The notes below the pieces were generated by a model, which was not told the DNA's origin, did no database searches, and was given only the letters and a program-made list of their open reading frames with translations. A stretch of DNA of 64,000 nucleotides from a virus. Lineage: Duplodnaviria > Heunggongvirae > Uroviricota > Caudoviricetes. Location: IMG/VR virus record IMGVR_UViG_3300042922_001018; one strand, given 5' to 3'. The translations under genes were made by a program, and so were the position numbers. Below, one piece after another: positions 55,756-64,000 of the stretch (positions within the stretch are counted from its first letter, which is position 1; every line of letters starts with the position of its first letter).

Positions 55756-57921
55756 TCACAACCACTCGGAGAGCAGCTTCTCGACCTGGAACGCCGTGTC
55801 GGGTCCGTAGACCTCCTGAGCGTCCTCAGCCGATGCGACCACGGTCGCTCCTCGCGCCTGAGCGTGCTGGGCGACGAGCTGGCCCACGGTGACCGGCTTG
55901 CGCGTCGCGGCGGCTTCCACCATCCGCGAGAACTGGGAGCGGTGCGCTCCCGCAGCGTTCGTCCCGCGTCCGCGGGAAGACAGGCCGACCCACACCAGCT
56001 CGTTCGTCTCCATGTCGAAAACGAACGGCAGCACGCCATCGGAGTCCTGCGTCAACGAGAACGCCGTCTCGACGGTCTTGCCGTCGAACACTTCGCCCTT
56101 GTCCAGGTTCTCGCGAACCATCACACCCGCTACCGCCTCCGGAATCTCCGAGTACGGCTGGTGCGTGAACGACAGGACAGAGACAGCCGCATAGCGCGCA
56201 CGGCCCGCCAGCTTCCGCAGCCCAGGGCGCGAGATGTCGATGTACTCCGCAGCGCCCTCCGGCGCCGAGGTGATGTCACCGGAGTGAACAGCCATCGCGT
56301 TGCGGAGGTTGTAGTACGCGACCTCAGAGGTAACCTCGAACTGCTCGTTCATGAACGAGAGGGAAAGGTCCAGGTCCACGCGGCCACCCCAAGAGTCGTC
56401 GCTCTGGATGTCCTTCCACCACACGAAGAAACGGAGGTACTCGCCGTCCTCAATGCGGATACGGGAGCCGCGTCCGATGACACGCGTCGCGACGCCCTGC
56501 TCGCGAACCTGGAACGGCACCGCGTAGTCGTAGAGTGCGGGGTCGATGAAGACCTTCGCGTTCTGCGGAACGGGAGACTTCGATGCGTACTGGAGACGGA
56601 GCGCGTTCATGACGACGTTCTGAGCGTCTTCAATGAGGCGCGCGTCCATCGGCGGAAGCGGCTGGGAGGCGAACTGGGCGCGCTGAGCGTTCCCCTTCGG
56701 GAGGAAGACACGGATGCCAGCGTCACGGTTCTCCAGCGCGTTGTACGCGCCCCACAGGGTACGCGCCGACGCACGGTGAGCGACCTTCGCGAAGGAAGCC
56801 AGCGTCTCATACGGCGCGCTGGACGTGCGCAGTGCCCAGTCCAGGTCACGAGCGAACTCACCCGGCTTCTCGGCGCGCAGCATGTTCGCACGAGGCTGCG
56901 ATACCGCGCCCTGCTGGACGAGGCCACGGTTCGACTTCGGCAGCTTGCCACTGCGCACGTTCGAGAAGAACGTGAAAGCGTTCACGAACTCCGTGCGGTA
57001 CTCGCCGACGTGGAGGAGCTTCCCGACGAGCTTCCACAGGCCCAGGCGGCGACGAACGTCGCCGTAGTCCGGAGTACCGGCGAGCATCTGGTTCATGCGG
57101 CCGAGGATGGCGCGACGCCACTCACGAGGAATGTTGCCGAGCTTCTCACCGCCCTGGGCGGGCTTGACGAACTCCGGGTTGCCGCCAGCGACAGCCACGG
57201 CGATACGCAGCACATCGGTGAGCGAATCGGCGTACTTCACGGAGGAAGAGTCGCCGGACACCTTCGCAAACCAACCGAGGTTGGCGGAAGAACCGAAGGA
57301 GACGGCGCTGAGCGCCCCATCGAGGTAGCCCTTACCGTCCAGCGCCGACCGTAGCTGGTTGCGCGCGAGAAGGTAACGGATGTCGTCACGGTCCAGCTCC
57401 GACCATGCCGCCTTCTGGGCGGTGAGGCTGAGGAAGATGTCCACGCACGTCGCATCGAGGTCATCGACGAGGGAGATGACCCGCAGCGGGCGAGTGCTCT
57501 TCGTCTCACCGCGGTCGAGCTTGTCGTACTCGGGCATGATGCGCACACCAGCCCAGGCGCCGAAGTAGTGCGCGATGGCGTTCAGGTACAGCTCTGCCGC
57601 CGATGCCTCTTCCACCTGACGGGGGAAGTTCGGGTACATGGGCTTGACGGGCGCTGCCTTGCCGTTGCGGTCCACGGCACCGACGAGCTGAGCCACGTCC
57701 GTGACGATGTCGTCAGCGTACTGGGCCAGGCGCCCCGCCTCGGAGACGAGCATTGCGCTGATGACCTTGTCGTCGAGCGTGTAACCGAGGCGCTCCAGAC
57801 GGTTCTCCAGGTCGGCGACGACCTTGAAGGACTGACGGCCGACGGTCGGCTGCTCAGAATCGACGGGCTTCACGAAGACCGAAGTGCGGCGACGCAGAAT
57901 GATGCTGATGGGGTTGACCAT
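55756..57921 (-). CDS. Large protein with C-terminal TerD-like domain
   Basis: PMYPNFP.QV..AS..ELY.NAI.HY, KPGEFAR.LD, RVDLDLS, HSGDITSAP.GAAEYIDI. RBS GAAGGGA before ATG 57921. Confidence 0.8.
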   Translation of the reverse strand: MVNPISIILRRRTSVFVKPVDSEQPTVGRQSFKVVADLENRLERLGYTLDDKVISAMLVSEAGRLAQYADDIVTDVAQLVGAVDRNGKAAPVKPMYPNFPRQVEEASAAELYLNAIAHYFGAWAGVRIMPEYDKLDRGETKSTRPLRVISLVDDLDATCVDIFLSLTAQKAAWSELDRDDIRYLLARNQLRSALDGKGYLDGALSAVSFGSSANLGWFAKVSGDSSSVKYADSLTDVLRIAVAVAGGNPEFVKPAQGGEKLGNIPREWRRAILGRMNQMLAGTPDYGDVRRRLGLWKLVGKLLHVGEYRTEFVNAFTFFSNVRSGKLPKSNRGLVQQGAVSQPRANMLRAEKPGEFARDLDWALRTSSAPYETLASFAKVAHRASARTLWGAYNALENRDAGIRVFLPKGNAQRAQFASQPLPPMDARLIEDAQNVVMNALRLQYASKSPVPQNAKVFIDPALYDYAVPFQVREQGVATRVIGRGSRIRIEDGEYLRFFVWWKDIQSDDSWGGRVDLDLSLSFMNEQFEVTSEVAYYNLRNAMAVHSGDITSAPEGAAEYIDISRPGLRKLAGRARYAAVSVLSFTHQPYSEIPEAVAGVMVRENLDKGEVFDGKTVETAFSLTQDSDGVLPFVFDMETNELVWVGLSSRGRGTNAAGAHRSQFSRMVEAAATRKPVTVGQLVAQHAQARGATVVASAEDAQEVYGPDTAFQVEKLLSEWL

Positions 57922-58048
57922 GATGTTTCCCTTCTTCAGCCCCGCGCGTAACACGAGGTCTGCCCTGCTGACAGTAGACCAGCGTACCACACACGCCCGG
58001 CGTCTGGCAACATTGGTGTTTGACGGTTTCTTCTGATAGGCTGTACGC

Positions 58049-58654
58049 ATGGCAACGTCAGACATCGTGCACCGTTTCGTCGCAGAGCTGAAGCAGGAAG
58101 CGGAGGACATCAGCAAGGGCATCGAGAGCGAGATGATTTCGGCGGATGCCTCGCCCTCCGAAGTGCTGGAGGCGGTGGCAATCATCCTCGACTCTATCCT
58201 TGAAGCGGTTCCCGCGCCGGAAACACTCGGCGATGCGACCATCATCCTCGACTGCACGGAGCCGTTCGGCGAGGGTGGTCGAAACATGCTCATCTCCGGC
58301 GAGGACAACGAAGACCCGGACAACCCCGGCAGCGTTCTTCCGACGCCGGACGCCACCGACGAGGAGAAGCTCATCGCTTACGACTCGGTGCCGATGACCG
58401 CGGTCCTGAAGCTGGCGAAGCTGATGGATGTCCCCGCCTCGCTCGCCACCGATGCAGAGCGACAGTACGTTCGCAACCACCGTCTCGTCAAGGGCGGCAT
58501 CGACTACGACAGCATCGACAGTCTCCTGGAGTACATCCAGTCCCAGGTCGAGAAGGACGCTCTCGCGGACCTGGCGACGGGTGTAGAATGGGACATCCCC
58601 GAGGAACTGCGGGCCGCTTGGAGCGCAGAGGATGGAGAACAGAATGGGTCGTGA
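58049..58654 (+). CDS. Acidic hypothetical protein
   Basis: TAGGCT-N6-ATG. Confidence 0.7.
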   Translation: MATSDIVHRFVAELKQEAEDISKGIESEMISADASPSEVLEAVAIILDSILEAVPAPETLGDATIILDCTEPFGEGGRNMLISGEDNEDPDNPGSVLPTPDATDEEKLIAYDSVPMTAVLKLAKLMDVPASLATDAERQYVRNHRLVKGGIDYDSIDSLLEYIQSQVEKDALADLATGVEWDIPEELRAAWSAEDGEQNGS

Positions 58655-59246
58655 AGCAGGAGTAACGCTCTTCAACGTCGCGGACAACTTCGCGGGCCTT
58701 GCCCAGGCGGCTGCGGCCGGAGCAGAGGGTGTGGACCAGAACCCGCTCATCCAGGCAGGTATCACGCCCGAGCAACTTCTCGTGCTTGCGAACGTCGTTC
58801 ATGGCTTCGGTCACCAGGCCACCATGTTCCCGGACCCGGACACGCTGGGTGCGCTCTCGGACCGAGTCAACTCGAAGCCCGGCGCCTATCCTCTCAACAT
58901 CGTCATCGACCAGCCGGAGCCTCCACAGGAGAACACCTACATGCTCACCGAGATGGTCGAGATGGGTCGTCTCGCTCAGCTCCCCATCCTCCTCTCGACG
59001 CAGGAGCAGAAAGACCGCTTCACTTCGCATCCGCTGGTGCAGCAGGGGCTTCCCTCTTTCGTCTTCATCCAGGTCGCGGCGCAGGAGAAGACGTTCATCG
59101 AGAACGCAGAGTTCTCTGACATCGCGCGGTCCTTGATGGAGGACGAGCCGGGTGTGTTCGGAACGCCCGAGATGCGTGAAGAGTCCCAGAGCACGGCCAC
59201 CCCGCCGTTCGGGATGCCACATCAGCCTCATCGCAGCGAAGACTGA
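58644..59246 (+). CDS. Hypothetical protein
   Basis: RBS GGAG. Overlaps the upstream stop. Confidence 0.65.
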   Translation: MGREAGVTLFNVADNFAGLAQAAAAGAEGVDQNPLIQAGITPEQLLVLANVVHGFGHQATMFPDPDTLGALSDRVNSKPGAYPLNIVIDQPEPPQENTYMLTEMVEMGRLAQLPILLSTQEQKDRFTSHPLVQQGLPSFVFIQVAAQEKTFIENAEFSDIARSLMEDEPGVFGTPEMREESQSTATPPFGMPHQPHRSED

Positions 59247-59250
59247 TACC

Positions 59251-59292
59251 AACGAGTGAAGCCCCGAGAACGTTCTCGGGGCTTCACTCGTT
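59251..59292. terminator. Perfect 42-bp palindrome, likely bidirectional terminator
   Basis: aacgagtgaagccccgagaac/gttctcggggcttcactcgtt between convergent genes. Confidence 0.75.
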
Positions 59293-59433
59293 TCCGGTCA
59301 GTTACCGGCGAGCTTCGTGACGATGCTCAGCGCCTCTCGGAGTGTGCGCTTCTCCTCATCCCACAGGCTGCCATCGTGGCGAGCCAGGACGGACGCGAGA
59401 GCGGACTGGGCTTCGAGCGCTGTGCGCTGAGCG

Positions 59434-59943
59434 TCAGACGCCATCGGTGGAACCGTCAGGCTGCTCTTCGGTCAGCTCGACACGAGGCGCAGGCGGCGCG
59501 ACGACATGCGGGTAACGCAGTCGAAGCTCCAGAAGACGCTCGATGTCACTGAACGCGCCCGACTCGCGGAGGCCGCTCTGGTTGACGCGTTCCTCCAGCT
59601 CTTCCAGCTCGTAGGTCTCGCGCTGGTGCATCCGGCGTCGGATTTCGTCGCGCATCTCGTTGCGGCGGATGACGGCGGCGCCGTCGATGTCATACAGCTC
59701 TGCGAACGTCACGACGGTATCGTTGCGGAGGATGACTTTCTCGTTGTTCAGGTCTACCACAGCGACCTGAGGCGAGTCGTACGCCTGCGGGAACTCCAGG
59801 GCGAGGCGGTCGTACACGCTGCGGTATGCAGCGAAGAGGAGACCGACCTGCTCTTCGAGTCGCCGCTGAGCCTGTGAGAATCCCTGAAGGCTCTCGGTGA
59901 TGCGGGACTCCGAGTAGGGCACGGTCGTTTCCGAGTTGGTCAT
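59434..59943 (-). CDS. Hypothetical protein (paralogue of 60026-60361)
   Basis: LF..Y..VY..LA...P..Y and IL..dT.VT..EL shared. Confidence 0.7.
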   Translation of the reverse strand: MTNSETTVPYSESRITESLQGFSQAQRRLEEQVGLLFAAYRSVYDRLALEFPQAYDSPQVAVVDLNNEKVILRNDTVVTFAELYDIDGAAVIRRNEMRDEIRRRMHQRETYELEELEERVNQSGLRESGAFSDIERLLELRLRYPHVVAPPAPRVELTEEQPDGSTDGV

Positions 59944-60025
59944 GGACTCATCCTAGCACTGGTCTCAGACGTTGCCGAAGACTCCGACCCTCGCGCCTCC
60001 GGCAACAACCGGAACGGGTGCTTCT

Positions 60026-60361
60026 TCAGTCGGCGTCCGCTGCGCGGCGTCGCGCGAGCGCCCCAGCCTGACGGTCGATGTCCTCAGCAAGTCGCGCGAA
60101 GAGGTCGGCAGCGGCCGTGTCGGGGTGCTCCAGCTCGTACAGGGTCACGCGGGTGCCGTCGGCAAGGAGAATGGTCCCTGTGAGACCGTCGAAGTTCGCT
60201 ACGGTCGGGGTCACCATACCCCTGTATGTCTCGGGCGCGTCCATCGCCAGCGAGTTGTACACGGCCTTGTACTTGTCGAACAGCGTGTAGATGTGCGAGG
60301 TGAGCGCCTCGTATCCGGAAACGTAGGCGCCTAGGGCGGCGCGCGGCGAAGGAGCAGTCAT
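60026..60361 (-). CDS. Hypothetical protein
   Basis: TTGACA-N17-TAGACT-N6-ATG. Confidence 0.7.
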   Translation of the reverse strand: MTAPSPRAALGAYVSGYEALTSHIYTLFDKYKAVYNSLAMDAPETYRGMVTPTVANFDGLTGTILLADGTRVTLYELEHPDTAAADLFARLAEDIDRQAGALARRRAADAD

Positions 60362-60370
60362 CTTCGAAGT

Positions 60371-60538
60371 CTACTCTCCCGGCGGAGTGGTGTCAATGGG
60401 GTGAGGCTGCCCGCACCGACCACAGCGATGGGGTGTCGAATGCCCTACCAGCTTGTAGCATGCATGGGTAGTGGCAACGCGGTGACCGGAGCCGTCCGCG
60501 CTCAGCTCGTCCCATGTGACGTGGCATCGCCCGTTCAT
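60371..60538 (-). CDS. 55-aa Cys/His-rich protein (not in ORF track)
   Basis: TACACT-N6-ATG. MNGRCH...HAC...H...HRCGRCG. Confidence 0.5.
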   Translation of the reverse strand: MNGRCHVTWDELSADGSGHRVATTHACYKLVGHSTPHRCGRCGQPHPIDTTPPGE

Positions 60539-60550
60539 GCTCTGAGTGTA

Positions 60551-60883
60551 TCACCGACCGGCCAGCGGAAGGCCTGCGAGAAGGCCTGAGACGCCGTGAG
60601 CGGGAGTGAACGCTACAGCGGTCACCGCATCGTCGAAATCCGGCTCATGGAACGCAACAGTATCGTGCTCAGAGTCTCGGAATGTCTCGATGGTCTCGCG
60701 CGGAGCAGCGAGGGCGATGACGTAGTTCGAGGTGGAGTTCCAATGACGGGCTGCATCCGCCCGTGTCAGGATGAACTCGGCGACAGCGTGAGCCACTTGG
60801 GCAATCTGCTGTCCCGGTCGAAGGGCGGAATCGACGACAACGTGAAGTCGTGCGTCGCGGAAAGGCAGCTAGTTCTCAGTCAT
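60551..60883 (-). CDS. Pth2-like peptidyl-tRNA hydrolase with in-frame TAG at codon 5
   Basis: TACGCT-N6-ATG ACT GAG AAC TAG, then in frame RLHVVVDSALRPGQQIAQVAHAVAEF...FHEPD...TAVAF.P...LAGLPL. Confidence 0.75.
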
Positions 60884-60895
60884 GAGGATAGCGTA

Positions 60896-61192
60896 TCACA
60901 CCGCTCCGACATCGACTGCGCGGTGTGCATTCAACTCCCGAGAACGAGCCGCCCACAGGTCAGTGCTCACATCCGGGACGGGGATGGCGGGAGCTGGCTT
61001 CTCTTCGAGAATCACGAGAGCGTCACCGGCACACACGCGCCTGGTGCCGTGCTTGTCTTCGATGGTGACCTCGCCGCACATCATGTACTCATCGGCGGCG
61101 ACAACCGTGAACTTTCCCGACTTGGCCCGGAGGAAAGTCACTCTGGCCCCGACCCTCATGCGTGGGTCCGGCCACACACTCAGTTCTTTCAT
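60896..61192 (-). CDS. Hypothetical protein
   Basis: ATGA-coupled operon. Confidence 0.55.
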   Translation of the reverse strand: MKELSVWPDPRMRVGARVTFLRAKSGKFTVVAADEYMMCGEVTIEDKHGTRRVCAGDALVILEEKPAPAIPVPDVSTDLWAARSRELNAHRAVDVGAV

Positions 61193-61515
61193 GGGACGAT
61201 GCTCCGAGCGGCACGGCGGGCCAGCTCTCGCAACCGGTCGGGAATCATCCCGAGGCTCTGGTCGTTCATCACCGCAGCGATGTCCTCGTCAGACAGTGGA
61301 CTCCATCCGTGGTCGCGCAGCTTCTTGTCGGCCGCAGATGAGATAGCCTTCACGACATCGTCGGCGACGCGCCATGAGTACACATCAGGGTACAGCCTCG
61401 TTTCCATCGGAATCTTCTCGATGGCTCGCTCGACCACTCGGTCAAGCGGAAGTGCTGGACGACCGTCGGGGCGCCCCAGACGGAATCCGTTCGCTACGGT
61501 CGGCTCAATGTCCAT
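61189..61515 (-). CDS. Hypothetical protein
   Basis: RBS GAGGAG. Coupled operon. Confidence 0.55.
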   Translation of the reverse strand: MDIEPTVANGFRLGRPDGRPALPLDRVVERAIEKIPMETRLYPDVYSWRVADDVVKAISSAADKKLRDHGWSPLSDEDIAAVMNDQSLGMIPDRLRELARRAARSIVP

Positions 61516-61843
61516 GAGGCTCCTCGCTGGGAATCTCTTCCCACGGCCCGTAGGTGACTCGGCGCCGCATGAGCGTGGCGCGCGGCGTGAAGCCGCCTTT
61601 CTTCATGCGGTTGAGCACGTACCGGACAATGCCACGCGCTTCGTCTAGGTCGGCGTATTGGCGCAGCCGCGGGATGTCGGTCAGGTCGTCCATCGAATCG
61701 GGAATCGCTGCGCCGTAATGGTAGTCGGGCGCGGGCGCTTCGTCGATGAGCTGGGGAAGGTCAGGAACCTGCACCGGGGCGTGAGCGGCGAGCCGGGCTT
61801 CCATCTCCTCACGGAGACAACGCGGCTTCGGGAGGTCAGTCAT
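61505..61843 (-). CDS. Hypothetical protein
   Basis: RBS AAGGAAG before MTDL. Confidence 0.55.
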   Translation of the reverse strand: MTDLPKPRCLREEMEARLAAHAPVQVPDLPQLIDEAPAPDYHYGAAIPDSMDDLTDIPRLRQYADLDEARGIVRYVLNRMKKGGFTPRATLMRRRVTYGPWEEIPSEEPHGH

Positions 61844-62153
61844 TGCTCGCAACTTCCTTCTCCTGGAGTCGGTCCCGTTCCACGCGGATGCCGCGCGCCA
61901 CGCGCTCGCCTGTGATTTCGCTTCCGCCGATGTAGCTCCGCGCTTCGGAGAGGATACGGTCGTAGCTCTCGGAGAGCATCTGACGCACCTGGGACTCCGT
62001 TACCGGCGGCTCGTCGAGAACGTCTGCCATGCGGATGAGCAGTTCCCGCACCGCGTCCGTGTGGTAGTGGTCGTCCGCGAGTCCGCGAGCTGCTTCAGCA
62101 AGCTGCTTCGGAGTCTTGCCTTCGAACTCGTTCCAGCCGTCGAGTAGTTCCAT
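61836..62153 (-). CDS. Hypothetical protein
   Basis: RBS AAAGGGAG. Confidence 0.6.
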   Translation of the reverse strand: MELLDGWNEFEGKTPKQLAEAARGLADDHYHTDAVRELLIRMADVLDEPPVTESQVRQMLSESYDRILSEARSYIGGSEITGERVARGIRVERDRLQEKEVASND

Positions 62154-62348
62154 CAGCTCCCTTTCGCGTAGGTGACGGGGACGTGGCCCACCAGCGAAGT
62201 GCTGAGCAGACCAGCGATGTCTCCCAGCATGCCGGAGAGATGCGGGTTCTCAGTGCGGCCGACAAGGTCTTCCGAGAGTGCTCGTGCAACCTCGGTGAGG
62301 TCTACGAGCGGTGTAGTACCAACGAGAGCCATGCCATCCCTTTCGTTG

Positions 62349-62420
62349 TGCCCCTGACAGGAATCGAACCCGTGACGCGAGGATTTAGAGTCCCCCGTTC
62401 TGCCATTGAACTACAGAGGC
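62349..62420 (-). tRNA. tRNA with CUA anticodon (amber suppressor; Lys-like body), no encoded CCA
   Basis: GCCTCTG TA GTTC AATGGCA GAAC G GGGGA CT-CTA-AA TCCTC GCGTC ACGGG TTCGATT CCTGT CAGGGGC A. Full cloverleaf. Confidence 0.92.
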
Positions 62421-62450
62421 AAGACCGCCGAAGCGGCTTGTGGTTACAGC

Positions 62451-62873
62451 TTACACCACCTTGCGCCGACCCAGCAGCTCGTCCGCCTCGAAGTAGAAGC
62501 CGAGAGCGTAGAGCGTGGTGCCGTCGAGAGTGCCTTCCACGACCTCGAACTCCGCCGTCACCTCGTCGTTCTGAGCGACCAGCACATCGCCGAGCGAGAT
62601 GTCGGTGACGCGGATTGGTTCGTACGACTCCTGCGATGCGTCCACGCCCGTGTCCGCCTTCTTCAGGACGGTGAGCTTGTCCGGGAACAGGCCGTGGGCG
62701 TTCGACGCGTTGATACCGATACCGGTCTCCGGGTCGCTCAGCTCGCCGCGCTCGCGGTAGGACGAGGGGACTTCCCACTCGACACGGCCGCGGTACTCGG
62801 GGTCGGTCTCATCGAACCACTCCAGCAGGACGCGGTCGCGGGGGGAGAAAAGGGTGCCATTCCAGCGTGCCAT
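62451..62873 (-). CDS. Hypothetical protein (paralogue of 63351-63830)
   Basis: W.G..F...D.VLLEW...DPE..GR..W.VP shared. Confidence 0.65.
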   Translation of the reverse strand: MARWNGTLFSPRDRVLLEWFDETDPEYRGRVEWEVPSSYRERGELSDPETGIGINASNAHGLFPDKLTVLKKADTGVDASQESYEPIRVTDISLGDVLVAQNDEVTAEFEVVEGTLDGTTLYALGFYFEADELLGRRKVV

Positions 62874-62875
62874 TT

Positions 62876-63115
62876 TCAGTTGCCTTCCTTGTTCTCGGAG
62901 GCTTGCGCTTCCGTTCGTTCTTCAGCCGGGCGGGTGCCCGAGGTCTTCTCCAGCCGTTCTGGCCGGAAATCTTCGATGTAAGGGGTGTTGCCGTAGCCGC
63001 CGTGAGGGAACTCAACGCGGACACGGACGGGCAGGATGCCGATGACCTTGCCCTCGTGCTTGTGCACACGGGTCTTCAGGACGCGGACAGCATCGCCGAT
63101 GATGAACTTCGTCAT
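62876..63115 (-). CDS. KOW/SH3-like small protein
   Basis: F.IGD.VRV......G.VIG pattern. Confidence 0.55.
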   Translation of the reverse strand: MTKFIIGDAVRVLKTRVHKHEGKVIGILPVRVRVEFPHGGYGNTPYIEDFRPERLEKTSGTRPAEERTEAQASENKEGN

Positions 63116-63354
63116 GCGACGCTCCCGTCTACCGCTTCGAGGTACGCGATGCCCTTGCCGGTGAGCAGCACTTCAGGCTCCTCCTCCAGGGTCAGGTACG
63201 CTTCCGCCGTCAGGTACTCGTACGGCGCCTGGTCCACCTTACCCAGAAAACCCTTGACACGGTACTGCGGCACGCCGCGCGGCGGCGCTTTCCGGATGAC
63301 ATTGCCCGCTCGGACGTTACGCAGCGCATTGATGTGCTCGATGTTCAGCGTCAT
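63112..63354 (-). CDS. Hypothetical protein
   Basis: ATGA-coupled. LT.KG..YL. Confidence 0.55.
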   Translation of the reverse strand: MTLNIEHINALRNVRAGNVIRKAPPRGVPQYRVKGFLGKVDQAPYEYLTAEAYLTLEEEPEVLLTGKGIAYLEAVDGSVA

Positions 63355-63830
63355 GATGCCACCTTCCGGAAGAACACAGTGTCGTCCTCGTCGAGCGAGA
63401 AGTCGAGGAAGTAGTAGAGCTGGCCGTATTCCTGACCCTCGATGGAGTCCTCCGTGAGCGTGTGCTCAATGGTGAGGGTCGTGCCGCCCCGAACCAGCGC
63501 AATGACCGTATCGCCGACGTTCAGCTCATCGAGCTTCACCTTGCGGAAGCCGATGAGGGAGATGGGGTCAGCGTCCGGCTCCAAAACCGTCAGCGTAGTG
63601 GGATGGACGTTCTCGTCTCCATTGATGATGAGACCGAGGCCACCCATCTCCTCGTTGTCATCACTCAGCTCTGCGAAGTCAGGGTCTTCCGTGGCACAGG
63701 ACTCCGGAACGACCCAGACGGCCCGGCCGAGCTTCTCCGGGTCTTCAGTCCACTCCAGGAGGACGGTGTCCCCTGCGTGGAAAGGGACACCGTGCCAGAG
63801 GTTCGGGACGCTCACGTCTGCGGCGCTCAC
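63351..63830 (-). CDS. Hypothetical protein
   Basis: GTGA overlap with the upstream stop. Confidence 0.6.
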   Translation of the reverse strand: MSAADVSVPNLWHGVPFHAGDTVLLEWTEDPEKLGRAVWVVPESCATEDPDFAELSDDNEEMGGLGLIINGDENVHPTTLTVLEPDADPISLIGFRKVKLDELNVGDTVIALVRGGTTLTIEHTLTEDSIEGQEYGQLYYFLDFSLDEDDTVFFRKVAS

Positions 63831-64000
63831 TTGTCGAACTCGCAGATGTAGGAGACACGAATCTGCTCCACGTCCCAGACAACGATTTCGTTGTTGAGAA
63901 CGCCGCAGGTACCGCCCTTGATGTTGATGCTGTTGAACGGCTTGCCCTTCGCGTCCACGCTGTTGTGCGCCTTGTTGAGGCTTGCCGAACCAGCCCAACC
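63827..64000 (-). CDS. C-terminal fragment of a PARP-like ADP-ribosyltransferase (truncated by window edge)
   Basis: Translates ...KGGTCGVLNNEIVVWDVEQIRVSYICEFDK*, matching the PARP catalytic-Glu strand pattern (NE..V....Q....Y). Confidence 0.65.
   Translation of the reverse strand, partial: GWAGSASLNKAHNSVDAKGKPFNSINIKGGTCGVLNNEIVVWDVEQIRVSYICEFDK

Noticed and set aside
57930-57975. c-di-GMP-I riboswitch-like GGGCAGACC leader upstream of the TerD-like gene
   Set aside because: Lacks the GNRA-capped P2 followed by GACGCAAA and the P3 elements.
60026-60538. In-frame TAG read-through fusing 60371-60538 to 60026-60361
   Set aside because: The TAG is part of the TAGACT -10 box of a perfect TTGACA-N17 promoter, and N6 spacing forces the frame.
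62349-62420. tRNA-Pyl / pyrrolysine system or genome-wide UAG reassignment
   Set aside because: The tRNA has a canonical 5-bp anticodon stem, GG D-loop and TTC T-loop unlike tRNA-Pyl. No pyl genes are seen, and several genes end normally at TAG (e.g. 3412, 1597, 22052, 35058).

Overview
A 64-kb, high-GC (roughly 60-65% by eye), gene-dense segment of a large actinobacterial extrachromosomal element. The gene content (nrdE/nrdI, thyX, CCA-adding enzyme, Pth2-like, HD hydrolase, HIT, PLD, PD-(D/E)XK nuclease, TerD-like, a PARP C-terminus, one tRNA and many small orphan ORFs, mostly on the minus strand) best fits a jumbo phage or phage-plasmid. No virion or conjugation genes are in the window, so this is inference. 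Main observations: (1) Twenty otherwise largely unrelated minus-strand proteins start with the same ~25-30-aa leader (M[ST]F..(HPR|VxR)xxxG[KR]F[AS]EKxGxxPE[VIL]xL), and one more carries it at its C-terminus. Most of these genes are preceded by a non-sigmaA element, CCGCCTACA-N7-ATG. Together these look like a modular 'promoter + address tag' cassette that may route cargo (ArdC-like, CCA enzyme, SprT protease and others) into a particle or transfer machine. (2) A Pth2-like peptidyl-tRNA hydrolase gene is interrupted by an in-frame amber at codon 5 (MTEN*), and a CUA-anticodon suppressor tRNA lies about 1.5 kb away. (3) A non-coding oriC-like locus carries DnaA boxes and DnaA-trio-like repeats. 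(4) A second family of 10 paralogues shares a C-terminal G[VI]PxEY motif. Many start codons were re-assigned from the ORF track using these promoter motifs.
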